A stretch of DNA of 64,000 nucleotides, from positions 124,001 through 188,000 of the forward strand of contig JAIVFI010000016.1 of NCBI GenBank assembly GCA_025558095.1, given 5' to 3'. The translations under genes were made by a program, and so were the position numbers. Shown here in pieces: positions 1 to 10,883 of this stretch. This stretch comes from Hyaloraphidium curvatum SAG 235-1 (taxonomy: Eukaryota > Fungi > Monoblepharomycota). The notes beneath the pieces are model-generated. The model saw only the letters and a list, made by a program, of their open reading frames with translations. It was not told the DNA's origin and made no database searches. Within the stretch, counting starts at the first letter, position 1, and each line of letters starts with the position of its first letter.

Positions 1-1808
1 GCTGGGCGGGGGTGCGGCGCTGCTCCGGGACGCGGGGCTGTACGACCTCAAGCCGAGGGGGGCGGCGGTGTCGCAGATGCCGCCGCTGGAGCAGACCAAG
101 ATCGTCGAGGGGGTGGGCGTGTGCGGGATGATGGCATCGATCGGTGGGTTCCTCGCGGGGGGAGCGTGCATGCATTCGGACTGACGGGGGCCTTTCAGCC
201 TCGCTCCTGAGCACCATCTCCCTCCCCCGGCCGGCCCTCAAGTACGCCGACGCCCTCCTCTACAACTCGGCCGCCTCGGTCCGCCGTTCGCAGGCCTCGA
301 CCGTGGACCTCATGGACCGCCCTCCCCAGCGGGACCCCCTGTTCCCCGTTTTGCTCCCCTCGGGCCCGCAGGTGGCCTACCTCTCCCTCCTGCAGCTCCT
401 AGACCGGCAGCCCGGCGACGCCGGCCCGCGGGCGGACCTGGCCGGCCTGGACGGGCTCCTCCTCGCGCTGAGGCTGGCCCCCGAACGGTTCCGGAGCTTC
501 CCCCCCGAGACGCGCGACGCGGGGCTGCGGATGCTGCAGGACGCGGTCAGGGCGATGCGGGCGAATCTGCTGGACGAGGAAGGCGGGTGGGTTCTCACGG
601 AGTCGGGGGCGGTGCCGCGGGGCGCGGCGGCGGCGGAAAAAGCCAGGGCGCGGGCGGAGGAGCTCGCTTTGCGGGCGACGGGAAGGCTCGGCGGGGACAG
701 GAGGGGCCTGCAGCGGCGGGTGGATGCGGGGAAGCTGCTCGCGATGCTCGAGGTGGCGCGGGCGCAGCTGATGGGTTCGGCGGGACTGTTTGCCTGGGTT
801 GCGGACGGGGGGACGGAGCCGCAGTGGGAGCGGGATCTGCGCAGCGGATGGGCGAGGGACGGGCTCGAGGCGCTGGGTGCCGTCGTGAGCGAGGTCGTGG
901 AGGCGGGGGAGGAGGCCAAGGCGCAGAACGGGAGGGCGAGGAGGGAGGCGGCGCTGGCGTCGGTGCTGGCGTCGCCCGTGCGCGCGGACGGGACGGTGGT
1001 GGCGCCGCCGCGATCGACGTCGCGGCGGAGGCGGCAGGGGTCATCGGACTCGGGCAAGTCGGGGCCGCCGGTTAAGCCGCCGCTCGCGGAAAGGCTGGCG
1101 GCACTGTGCCAGGAGTGGCTGCAGGATTCGATGCAGGGGCTGCCGAGCATCGCCGAGGACGAGGCGGGGACGCCGCTCAGCCCCGAGCCGTCGCCGGCTT
1201 CGGACGGGCCCTGGGCGAGGGCCGGTGTGCGCATGCCCTTCATGCCGACTACGGCGCTCGCGCGCATTCTGGAATCCGTCGCGGAGCTGGGCGCCGTTCG
1301 GTACCCCGAGAACCCGTTCGCGATGGCGTCGGCAGACCCGGCCACGACACTGGTTACGCCGCTGCCCTACGAGATCGGCGAGCTGCTGCGGCAGACGGCG
1401 CAGGCGCTCGCACTCAAGCACACGCTGGGTTCGTGCCGGGCGTGCCTCGCGGCCTTTGCCAGGCGGGTCGCGGACGGCGAGGGCTCGGCCCTGCGCCCCG
1501 TGGCTTCCCTCCGGCGCTCCTCGACGGGCGGCGCCCGGCGCTCGGACTCTGCCCGCACGCAGATCTCCCCGCCCGGCCCGCGCAACTCGTCGCTGTCGCA
1601 GGCCAACGGCCCGCCGCCCTCGGCTGGCTCGGACCCAGCGCGCGCGCCCAGCGTGCGCAGGAGCGACTCTCTGCTGGTGTCCAAACGCAGAGGGCCGTCG
1701 CAGGACGACTGGGTCGCGGGGCTGCTGGGGGAGATGGGCGGGGCGTGCCCGCACGTGGATCCGGCGGCGGCGCAGGGGTCGTCTGTGGTGAGGGAGGTGG
1801 TTGCTTGA
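1..1808 (+). CDS. Hypothetical protein, 5'-partial (runs in from the window edge)
   Basis: Long GC-rich open frame to TGA at 1806-1808; intron ~144-198 (GTGGGT...CTGAC...TTTCAG); no recognisable domain. Confidence 0.6.
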
Positions 1809-1914
1809 GAGGAGGGAGGCAATGTGCGGGAATGACATGTAGGAAAGGACATCTACTTTGACTTGAAGACCATCTGACATGCTGCCCATCATTTTCCAAT
1901 CTGCCCCTTTTACT

Positions 1915-2367
1915 TTACGACCAGGCAGCGTTCTGGAGGACGATGCGATATCCGTCGGGGTCCTCGAAGGTCCGCCCCTCGCGGTCCCAGTACGGGTTGA
2001 ATGCCGGCACCGCCTTGTGTCCCGTCGCCTCCACGCGTGCCACCGCTGCCTCCCACGCGGCCTTGTCGGGCAGGTAGAACACGAGCAAGTTGTCCTCCGT
2101 CGGCGCCCTCCCGACGTCGTGTCCGTGCTTGCGCGTGAACTCGAGGTGGTACGCTGCGCCTTTGTGGCCGAGCATGACCCCGTCGAAGCCGTCGTGGTCG
2201 CGGAATGTGTAGAGCTCCTCGAAGCCCAGCGAGTCGCGGTAGAAGGCGACGACCGCGTCGAGGTCGTTCGTGGGGCGGGCCACACGCAGGTGCGCCCCGC
2301 GCACGCCAGGCGCGGACATCGGGGTGTCCGTGGGAGAAGACGAGTCGGTGCCCGCCGCGGCTGCCAT
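1915..2367 (-). CDS. VOC/glyoxalase family protein, YycE-like
   Basis: HLRVARPTNDL..VVAFYRD.LG, GVMLG, YHLEFT, DNLLVFYLPD, NPYW...G.TFEDPDGYRIVL; intronless. Confidence 0.9.
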   Translation of the reverse strand: MAAAAGTDSSSPTDTPMSAPGVRGAHLRVARPTNDLDAVVAFYRDSLGFEELYTFRDHDGFDGVMLGHKGAAYHLEFTRKHGHDVGRAPTEDNLLVFYLPDKAAWEAAVARVEATGHKAVPAFNPYWDREGRTFEDPDGYRIVLQNAAWS

Positions 2368-2871
2368 TTCATATGGCTTGGTGACGGCGGCGGAGAATTG
2401 CCGGTGCGCAGCACGGCGTCCCCACCGGCTTCCGACTTTCTCCGGCTTGGCACTGCCCAGAACGATGGATTGCTACAGCGTGACGGGCGAAACGGACAGA
2501 TGACCATGCAGACGACGGCGGACTTCGACGTAAAATACCTTATGGGAGACAGGGCTCTATGTACGCCCCTTTGGAAAGTGCCTGTACCGAATCCAAGCCG
2601 CTGCCTAGGTCACAAGCCAGATTTCTGAGGAAAGCATCTCCATGGCGGGATACAGAAGCGTCCCGATTGCCCATGCGGACGAATCCTTGGGCCCGTTGCA
2701 GCGCAAGGGATTGGAACAAACGTCGAGTCACATCGGACTCCCGCTCTTCCGCGCCTGTCACGGCACGGCGAACGACTCAGCCCCTACTAGACAACACTCT
2801 TTCCTCTGCTGCGGACTTCGGTCCACCCCTGGGCCAGTTTTGGCCGCAACCTGCACCGCAAACCATGCAAT

Positions 2872-3870
2872 ATGCCGTCGAACGTCTGGGCACAACTCGC
2901 ATCCTTCTTCTTCGTCCTCGCGGCCGTGTTTGCCGACCTCCTCCTCCTCCGCTTCTGCCTCGTCGCCGCCAATGCCCTGCTCGTCGTAGCGGCCGCCGTC
3001 GGCTTCCCGCTGTGGCCAGACGTGGCCGGCCAGGGGGTCGCCATCGATACGCTGGTCTGGTCGTCAATTTCGCTCGCTTTACACCTCTGGGCCCTAATTC
3101 GGCTCCTGCTGGACGAGCGGCCGCTGCCACCGCTCCCCGACCCGGACGACGAGGGGCTCTTCCAGTACTTTGCCACGCGCACCGGCATCGGCCGGTCCGA
3201 CTTCATCTTCATCATCGAACGGGGCAAATGGACCCACGTTTCCGCCCCCGGGAAGCGGATACCGTGCACCGACGCCCTGCATGTGATCGTGGACGGTCTG
3301 GTCGAGTGCGAGGTGCAGGGATGGAAGCGCCGCGCGGCGGACGAGTTCCGCGAGGGGACGCACCGCTTCGCCCTCGGCAGCGGCGAGCTGTTCGACCTCA
3401 GCCTTGCCAACGCGTTCCGGCTGCCCATCGGGTTTTACAACAGGGAGTTTTCCGCGGCCACCCGGACAGCGGACGTGCTGCTGTTCTCGTGGACGCGCGA
3501 GGCGCTGGACCAGCTTGCGTCGGGCCCGCCGGTGGTCCAGCAGGCGATGAAAAACCTGGTTGCGTTCGCGGTCGCCGACGTCGCGCACCGGCAGCGGCTC
3601 GCCGAGACCGAGGGTGTCGAAGGCACGCTCAAGAGGGGCCTGAGGCATCCGGACTTCCGCGTGCCCCTGCCGGGGGAGGACGAGCCGCCCCCCAAGCCCT
3701 TCTTGCGGCGGGTCGGGGCCTGTTTCATGTGGATCCTGAAGTCCATGGATCCCAGGCCGCCGCAGGGACTGCGGCACTACGCCGTGCCGAAGCAGTACAT
3801 CGAGGACACGGGGACGCTGCGGAGGCAGTCGGTGTCGAGCGTGGTTAGCCCCCCGAGCGGACTGGCGTGA
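2872..3870 (+). CDS. Popeye-domain-like membrane protein (3 TM plus cyclic-nucleotide-binding-like fold)
   Basis: Three N-terminal TMs (DLLLLRFCLV; WSSISLALHLWALIRLLLDERP), then CNBD-like LHVIVDGLVE...GSGELFD...ATRTADVLLFSW. Confidence 0.65.
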   Translation: MPSNVWAQLASFFFVLAAVFADLLLLRFCLVAANALLVVAAAVGFPLWPDVAGQGVAIDTLVWSSISLALHLWALIRLLLDERPLPPLPDPDDEGLFQYFATRTGIGRSDFIFIIERGKWTHVSAPGKRIPCTDALHVIVDGLVECEVQGWKRRAADEFREGTHRFALGSGELFDLSLANAFRLPIGFYNREFSAATRTADVLLFSWTREALDQLASGPPVVQQAMKNLVAFAVADVAHRQRLAETEGVEGTLKRGLRHPDFRVPLPGEDEPPPKPFLRRVGACFMWILKSMDPRPPQGLRHYAVPKQYIEDTGTLRRQSVSSVVSPPSGLA

Positions 3871-4407
3871 TGATGTGGGAACAGCTACCGTCTGATCTGA
3901 AGCATCTCTTTGTCGTGTGTAAATGCAACTTCGTCTATTACTCGTCTAAAAATGAAATCCATCGCATCGCTGATCTATTTAATTGAAAGGCCGGTTCCGA
4001 AGCTGCTGAGCCTTTCCGATGCCCGGAAGACGATGTATGCGGGGCACATCGTGCACTGCGCCAACCGATCTGCGCGGGCTGAAACAGTCCGCCCCAACAG
4101 CAGACGGTGCCACGCCGTTACGCCGGCGTCGACAAGGGGGAGATCCGCAAACTCCCAGGAGTAGGGGAACGTACCGGCGCGCCTCGGCAGCCCGACCTCG
4201 GCGGCGGCGACCCCGTAGACCAAGACCCCAGACCCGGACCACGCGAGAGGGTACTAACTTGTTGAGCGTTGCCGTTGTTCATGGTTGGCGCGGCGTTGGT
4301 GAAGGGCGACGAGGAAGGAGTGGAAAGGAGGAAACAGGTGAGTGGGGTTGTTGATATTTTGTCCGCGGCCCTTTGCTTCTCACATCCATTTCTTGACGAG
4401 TCAAACA

Positions 4408-5725
4408 ATGCAGTCCTCCCGAGCGCCGTGCCGCTTCTTTGCGAGGATACTGCCGCTTCGGGGACGAATGCCATTTCCTGCACAACGAGGTCACTTGGAC
4501 GACGCTTCCCAGTTCGGAGGGCAGGCGGAAGGTGTTCATGGACGCGCTGAACTTCCTCCGCCGCTTTTACGACGTAAAGTTCGGCCACCGAGACCCTTGG
4601 AGAGCCCTGGACGAGATGGAAAGGAGGGTCCGGCGATTCGCTGCAGCGGCCGCCGAGTCGGGCATCGATGTTGTGGCGGTGGTCGATGCCGGGTGCCTGA
4701 CGGACGAAGCGGTCGAAAAGTGGAGGCAGAGGAGGAGGAAAGAGATCGAGAGCGAGAAGAGGCCCATGCCCCTGGCCGCCGACGTCCTCCTCGGGGATTG
4801 CTTGGCGGCGAGCGGCATCCCAGTTGTGCGGCCCCGAGGCGCGGACGCCGACGACGCGATCGCGGCCCTCGCCGTCGTCGAAGGGGGAATCGTGCTCAGC
4901 GAGGATTCGGACTTTCATCGTTACTCGCCGGAGCCCGAAATCGCCATCGACTTCGAGATCGTCGGCGGTCAGCTCGGGCTCTTGATGCCACCGCCGAGGA
5001 GGCGTTCCAAAGCGTCGCCGCGCGCCATCGATCCATCCCTCGCATCCACCTACAAGGCGGGAGGAGACGGGACGGACAAGTGCCTGGCGGCCTCCACCGA
5101 GGAGCTGATCAGGCGCGGCGCGACCAGCTCGTCCGACAAGCTCTTGGGAAGCCTCCACGCGCTCGCGAAGCCCCTCAGGGCGGCGATCCTTGCCCGCCTG
5201 GGAGAAGCTTCGGTCATGGTCGAATACCCAATCTGGAACAGCGACCTCGGCGAGGTCGAGTGGATCGTCGAGCGCGTTGGGGCAAAGGCCGATCCGGCGA
5301 TCGGTGCGATCCTCGATAAACCCGCGGCAATCCTTGACTGGCTCGAAGCTCGGGACATGAAACTAGATACTGGCCACGAGGAGGCATCGTGGCGCAACCG
5401 GGAGCGGGCTTTCAATCGGGCCGCGATCGCGGCCGAGGTGCACCAAGCAGCGCAGTTGAAGAGCGGGAAGGTGCCGTCGATCCTATCCATCATGAAGGGC
5501 TTGCGGGGTCGGTTCCCGGCGGCCGAGCCCGACCTGCCGGGTATGATGCAGTGGATCTCGCTCGGATCGCAGCGTCCGCCGCCTCAGGAAGTCGAGACGA
5601 GGGTCAACTGCCGGACCTGCAGGCGCGAGTTCAGCATCACGAGGTCGGAAGCTGAATGGTTCACGAGCAAAGGTTTCTCCCTTCCTGAGCGGTGCCAGGA
5701 GTGCCGGCGGAGGCGAAGGGGTTAG
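4408..5725 (+). CDS. CCCH zinc finger + PIN/XPG-like nuclease + C-terminal zinc ribbon (zf-trcl-like); frameshift at ~4441
   Basis: ATG 4408 MQSSRAPCRFFA joins RGYCRFGDECHFLH in another frame; acidic PIN motifs VVDAG, DADDAIA, VLSEDSDF; C-term CRTC..EF.IT..E..WF..KGF..P.RC..CR. Confidence 0.7.
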
Positions 5726-6153
5726 CTGATGTGGTTGACAATGTACACGATACCTTAGCAGCTCGCTTACCGTCGTTGCCGTGTCGTCACTTGTACCGCC
5801 AGTGATGGATGACTGCTCACGTGAATGAATTCCATCGTTGGTTTGGCCACCGTGTCCGTAATAGGCGTGGACGGAGTGCAATGAGTGGCAGAATATGCGT
5901 CAGTAATTGCGCGGAGTCGGCTCGGCCGCGTTTCTTGGCTGGCACGGCAACAGACGGTGCGCTTGCGGCTTTCTCATTGTGTTTCGGCTCGGGGTCTGAG
6001 CCGGCCTTCTGGTGCCACATGGTTTGCCTTTTCAGGGGGCTGTTTCGGCGTGCTCGGACGTCATCCCATGCAACTGCAACCCACAGCGCAACGTCAACCG
6101 GGCACCAGCCCGCGCATGAACGATCGACCCGTCATCATTCCCCCGGAACCAAA

Positions 6154-7192
6154 ATGCTCCGCGCCCCTCTCCTTTTACTCGCGCTCGTCGCCGGAGTTGC
6201 GAGGTGGGCAGTGCCCCCGGCCCGCTTGGGCGCCGGCTGACGGAGTCCGTTTCCCCGAACGCAGCGCCGCCGCTGCCCCGAGGGCCTCCGTGCTGTTTGC
6301 CCGCAGCTGCGCCGAGTGCGCCGATGAGTTCTTTTGGTTGGGATCCTTGACTTGCCGCGGGAAGACGAGGATCCGTGCTGACGCCGCCGTTTCCCCCCGC
6401 AGCGAATTCGCCCACCCCGGCGCGCCGCCCGACCGCCCCATCGCCTGCGTGTCGCACGCCGACCGGCGCACCCTGTACCGCCGCTACGCTGCGGTCGACT
6501 GCCTCGCAGACCCCGGGCTCGCCGGCAGGCGCTTCGAGATCACCCAGCCAGATTTGTTGGCTTCGTGCCTGACCGTCGCCGGGTCCGCCCCACCATACCG
6601 GTTCGAGCTGCACGTGGATAAGTCGTGCGCGGAAGTCTCAGGGTTGCCGCCGGACATCACCTATGCGGTGCCGGCCTCGGGCGGCACCCCAGGGTCCTGC
6701 TTCGATATGTCTTTCCTCTCGAGGTCAGCCGACTACTACCCGCCTGACAATTACGGCGCGCGCTTCTCGGAAGGTTGCGAGTCGTTCAACGTCTTCCTCA
6801 ATAACAGCGCCTGCAGCGGAGGACCCGGTACCCGGTTTGATGTGCCGTCGTCGATCGACTGCCTTGCGACCACGGCCCTGGCCGGCAAGATGTTCGGGGC
6901 CGAAGTCATCGATGGCGAAGGATTTTGCATCGTCGTCACCGGCGCCGCGCCGCCCTATGGCGCGGACTTCTACAACGACTTGTGCACGGACTACCGGGGC
7001 GGCGTCAACCAGACCAGCCCCATCCCCCTCGGCTTCCCAACCTCGGGCGGCACCCCCGGCACGTGCTTCGAGGTGTCGAACGGAGCTGCCGTGCTGATTG
7101 TCAGCGCCCGCTTTGTCACCACCTGCGACCGGATCGACGCTTTCAACGAACCATCCTGCGGTGGTCTCAATGAGAGGATCCTACCTGCCTGA
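6154..7192 (+). CDS. Secreted Cys-containing protein with an internal two-fold repeat
   Basis: Signal peptide MLRAPLLLLALVAGVA; introns ~6204-6264 and ~6337-6402; duplicated unit DCLA..LAG..F...C..V.G.APPY...SGGTPG.CF. Confidence 0.65.
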
Positions 7193-7334
7193 TCGATCCC
7201 GGGTGGCGTGCCGAACCCTTTTGCACCGGCTGCCCAGGGGATGTATAGGCGCTTACTGAATGAGTGTTGCTGGAAGATCAAGCCAAGTCGTCCAATCCTT
7301 TTCCCGCAGCGGCACACTCGTGCAAACGTCCACG

Positions 7335-8751
7335 ATGTCCGGGGACATGGGCGAGGAGCGCCGCCGGGCCATGCTGGAAAAGAAGCGCGCCGAGGACATC
7401 GCGGCGCTGCGGAAGCAGAAGGAGGACATCGAGAAGCTCACGACCGTGAAGATCGGGGCGGACCGCTTCCAGGCGCAGAACGACAGCGTCGAGAACGCGC
7501 TCAAGGCCGCGACGGTCGGCCTGGTGCGGCTGGAGGACTTCCAGAGGATAAAGAGCGGGCTCGAGGAGCAGGCGGCGCGGGAGCGGGCGTTCGGGCCCGA
7601 GGGGGCGCGGAAGGGCGGAGACACGAAGAAGAGAAAGGAGAGGGAGAAGGGGAAAGTGAAGCTGTCGTTCGGAGAGGACGAGGAGGAGGCTGAGGGCGAG
7701 AACGGGGCCGCGGAAAAGGAGGCGGAGGAGGTGTCGACGCCGACCAACGGGCACGCCAACGGACGCGACGGATCCGCGGAGCCCAACGGCGAAAACGGGG
7801 AAGGTCGGTCATCTATTCTCGGCCCGGCAATTGGAGGAACAAAGGACCGGCAACGAGGATATCTTTCCCCAGACGGGGCCCGACGCTCTTCGACCCGTGA
7901 GGACCGCGCGCCGCGGTTGCCGCGGACGCGTCGCGAGCGGGCGACCGAGGGAGATGGAGGCACATAATCTTCTCTCTGAGCCGCACATGGGCTCGTTGGC
8001 GTGTTCTTCCTTCGATTGGGGGCGTTTCTGACCTTGGGGCTCCTGTTGGCAGACGCGCCGGCATTCAAGAAGAAGAAGATCAGCAAGAACCCCACTGTCG
8101 ACACCTCCTTCCTCCCCGACCGCGAGCGCGAGGAAGCCGAGCACCGGGAGCGCCAGCGGCTGAAGGAGCAGTGGCTTTTGGAGCAGGAGAAGATCAAGGG
8201 CGAGACCATCACCATCACCTACTCGTTCTGGGACGGCTCGGGCCACCGCAAGACCGTGGACGTCAAGAAGGGGGACACGGTGTCGACGTTTCTCGAGAAG
8301 GTCCGGCAGCAGTGGCACGAGTTGCGCGGGACCAATGTGGACAATATGATGTTCATCAAAGAGGACCTGATCATCCCCCAGGTTGGTTCTGGCTTCGCGC
8401 AGCTTATTTCTCGCCTCATTTCTCTCCGATCAGCACTACACCTTCTACGACTTCATCCTCAACAAGACCCGCGGCAAGTCAGGCCCGCTCTTCAACTTCG
8501 AGGTCAAGGACGACGTCCGGCTGCTCAACGACGCCTCGATCGAGGTCGAGGAGGCGCACGCGGGCAAGGTCGTCGAGAGGGCGTGGTACGAGCGCAACAA
8601 GCACATATTTCCTGCGAGCCGGTGGGAGGTGTTCGATCCGGAGAAGGTGGGATTTCGCCGATCGCGTCGCCTGGCGGGTCGTTGACCCACGGATTCGTGC
8701 CAGGACTACGGTCGCTATACGATCAAGGATCTGACGAAAGGAATCAATTGA
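7335..8751 (+). CDS. XAP5: FAM50/XAP5 spliceosome-associated nuclear protein
   Basis: [76 protein letters not shown]; introns 7804-8052, 8382-8433, 8647-8703. Confidence 0.95.
7848..7983 (+). ncRNA. Intronic box C/D snoRNA, mgU6-47/SNORD7-like (guides 2'-O-methylation of U6 A47)
   Basis: Guide TAATCTTCTCT (7965-7975) directly before D box CTGA (7976-7979) is the exact complement of conserved U6 AGAGAAGAUUA; D+5 rule gives A47 (human numbering); C-like boxes ACGAGGA 7853 and GTGAGGA 7897; terminal stem CGGC/GCCG; lies in an unusually long 249-nt intron. 5' end uncertain. Confidence 0.85.
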
Positions 8752-9158
8752 CTTTGGTTTATGGGTTGATCTCTCATGCAGGGTCGGGCAAGGATCACGG
8801 GGAATCCCTGCGGGCACCATCCGAGGCGACGCTGGTTCGCAAGCTGTAATACATCTTGGTCTGTACTTAATTTCATTGCGCCGAGAAAGAGGTCTCGCGG
8901 CGACGCCAATGGCGGAGGTGGAGCGGAGGCGGCGACGGGCGCCCCCGGCCTCACTTTTACCCGTGCAGCGGCCCTTTGCCCTTTCTTCCGTAGCCACTTC
9001 AACTCCCACTCCGGCCCGTCGCACCGCACCGTGAGTACCCGGAAACTCGTCTTCCGGTGCTCCAATTGATTACGCCCGCCCTGCCCGGCTTCCTCCCACG
9101 GCGCCGCCGGTTTCGTGCCTGCCTCCCGGACCAACCCCAGGCCGCGCCAGCACACACG

Positions 9159-10655
9159 ATGCCCGCCCAGGAAGCCTACATCGTCTCTGCCGTGCGCACC
9201 GCAGGAGGTCGCAAGGTCAGTTCTCGGCGTATTTGAGGGCAGCCGGAGTCTCTGCTGTCCGGCCGGAGCCCTCGCCACCACTCCTTGTTCCCCGTTTGCT
9301 CATCCGCTTTGTTCCGCAGAACGGCCGCCTGTCCAAGTGGCAGCCCGCCGACCTCGCCGGCAAGGTCATCGCCGAGGTCATCAAGCGCGCCGGCATCCCC
9401 ATCGAGAGCTCGCACCCGCAGAAGGAGGGCCCGGCCAGCATCGTCGACGACGTGATTGTCGGCTGCGTGTCGCAGGTCGGCGCGCAGGCGTCCAACATCG
9501 GCCGCATGGCCGTGCTCGCCGCCGGCCTGCCCGAATCGGTGCCCGGCACCACTGTCGACCGCCAGTGCGGCTCGTCGCAGCAGGCCATCCACTTTGCCGC
9601 CCAGGCCGTCATGTCCGGCACCCAGGACATTGTCGTTGCTGCTGGTTGGTCTCCACCCGTGCGAGAGCCCTGATCTGGGTTGCTGACGGTTCCTCAGGTG
9701 TTGAGGTCATGTCGCTTGTGCCCATCGGTGCCTCGGTCGTCGACGGCATCAAGGCCGGCCACGGCAAGATCGAGGACGCGGCCGGCATCGCCCAGCGCTA
9801 CCCCGGCATCATGTTCAGCCAGTTCGAGGGCGCCGAGCTCGTCGCCAAGCACTCGAACATCTCGCGCAAGGACATGGAGGAGATGGCCGTGCGCTCGCAC
9901 GCCAACGCCGTCCGCGCCACCAAGGAGGGCCGCTTCAAGCGCGAGATCCTGCCCCTCGCCGGCGTCAACCCCAAGAACCCCTCGCAGGAGGTGATCCACG
10001 ACACGGACGAGGGCATCAGGGCCGACACCAACCTGGACGGCCTCGCTGCCCTGCCCACGCTCAAGAAGGGCGGCATCATCACCGCCGGCCTTGCCTCGCA
10101 GATCTGCGACGGCGCTGCGGCGTGCCTGATCGTCAACGCCGAGGGTCTTGCCAAGATCCGCAAGCTCAACCCCGAGATCCGCCCGCGTGCCCGCATCGTC
10201 GCCATGGCCCTTGCCGGCTCCGACCCCGGTGAGCTTCTTCTGAAGCGATCGTTGCCGGGATTCCGCTCATCCGCCTGCTTCTTCCAGTCATGATGCTCTA
10301 CGGCCCCGTCCCCGCGACCCGCAACGTCCTCAAGAAGGCCAACATGACCATCGACCAGATGGACCTGTACGAGGTCAACGAGGCCTTCGCCAGCGTCCCC
10401 GCCGCCTGGGCCAAGGACCTCGGTGCCGACCCGGCGAAGCTGAACGTCAACGGCGGCGCGATGGCGCTCGGCCACCCGCTCGGCGGCACCGGCGTCAAGC
10501 TCATGACCACCCTGCTGCACGAGCTCGAGCGCAGCGGCAAGAGGTTCGGCCTCCAGGCCATCTGCGAGGGCGGCGGCACCGCCAACGCCACCATCATCGA
10601 GGTCATCCCCGAGGCCGAGGGCAAGAAGATCATGGGCGCCGTCGCCAAGCTCTGA
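9159..10655 (+). CDS. Acetyl-CoA C-acyltransferase (thiolase), peroxisomal (PTS1 AKL)
   Basis: AYIVSAVRT, TVDRQCGSSQQA, EVNEAFA, NVNGGAMALGHPLGGTG, AICEGGG; 3 introns; C-terminal AKL. Confidence 0.95.
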
Positions 10656-10726
10656 GCGGGTTCGTTGACTTGCGATTGTGTGTATTCTTGCCAAAAGAGG
10701 CGGGGAGTCGTGCGGCCGAAGGCGTT

Positions 10727-10839
10727 TCGAGGGAGCGCCGATCGCATCCCGTCAGACTACCGTCCAACAACGATGCTCAAAGGAGAGCGTGGATGTCGCG
10801 CGTCCGGAGGCGTTGCTCGAGGGAGCGTCGATCGCATCC
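10727..10839. repeat. 23-bp direct repeat pair upstream of the SDR gene
   Basis: TCGAGGGAGCG(C/T)CGATCGCATCC at 10727-10749 and 10817-10839 (22/23 identical, 90-bp period). Confidence 0.7.
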
Positions 10840-10883
10840 GGTTGTTTACATCCCAACCAGGACGTCTCCTTCAGGTCATAGCG

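Noticed and set aside
3867-3900. GTGATGA...CTGA C/D-like pair
   Set aside because: Only ~34 nt, overlaps a stop codon, no recognisable guide
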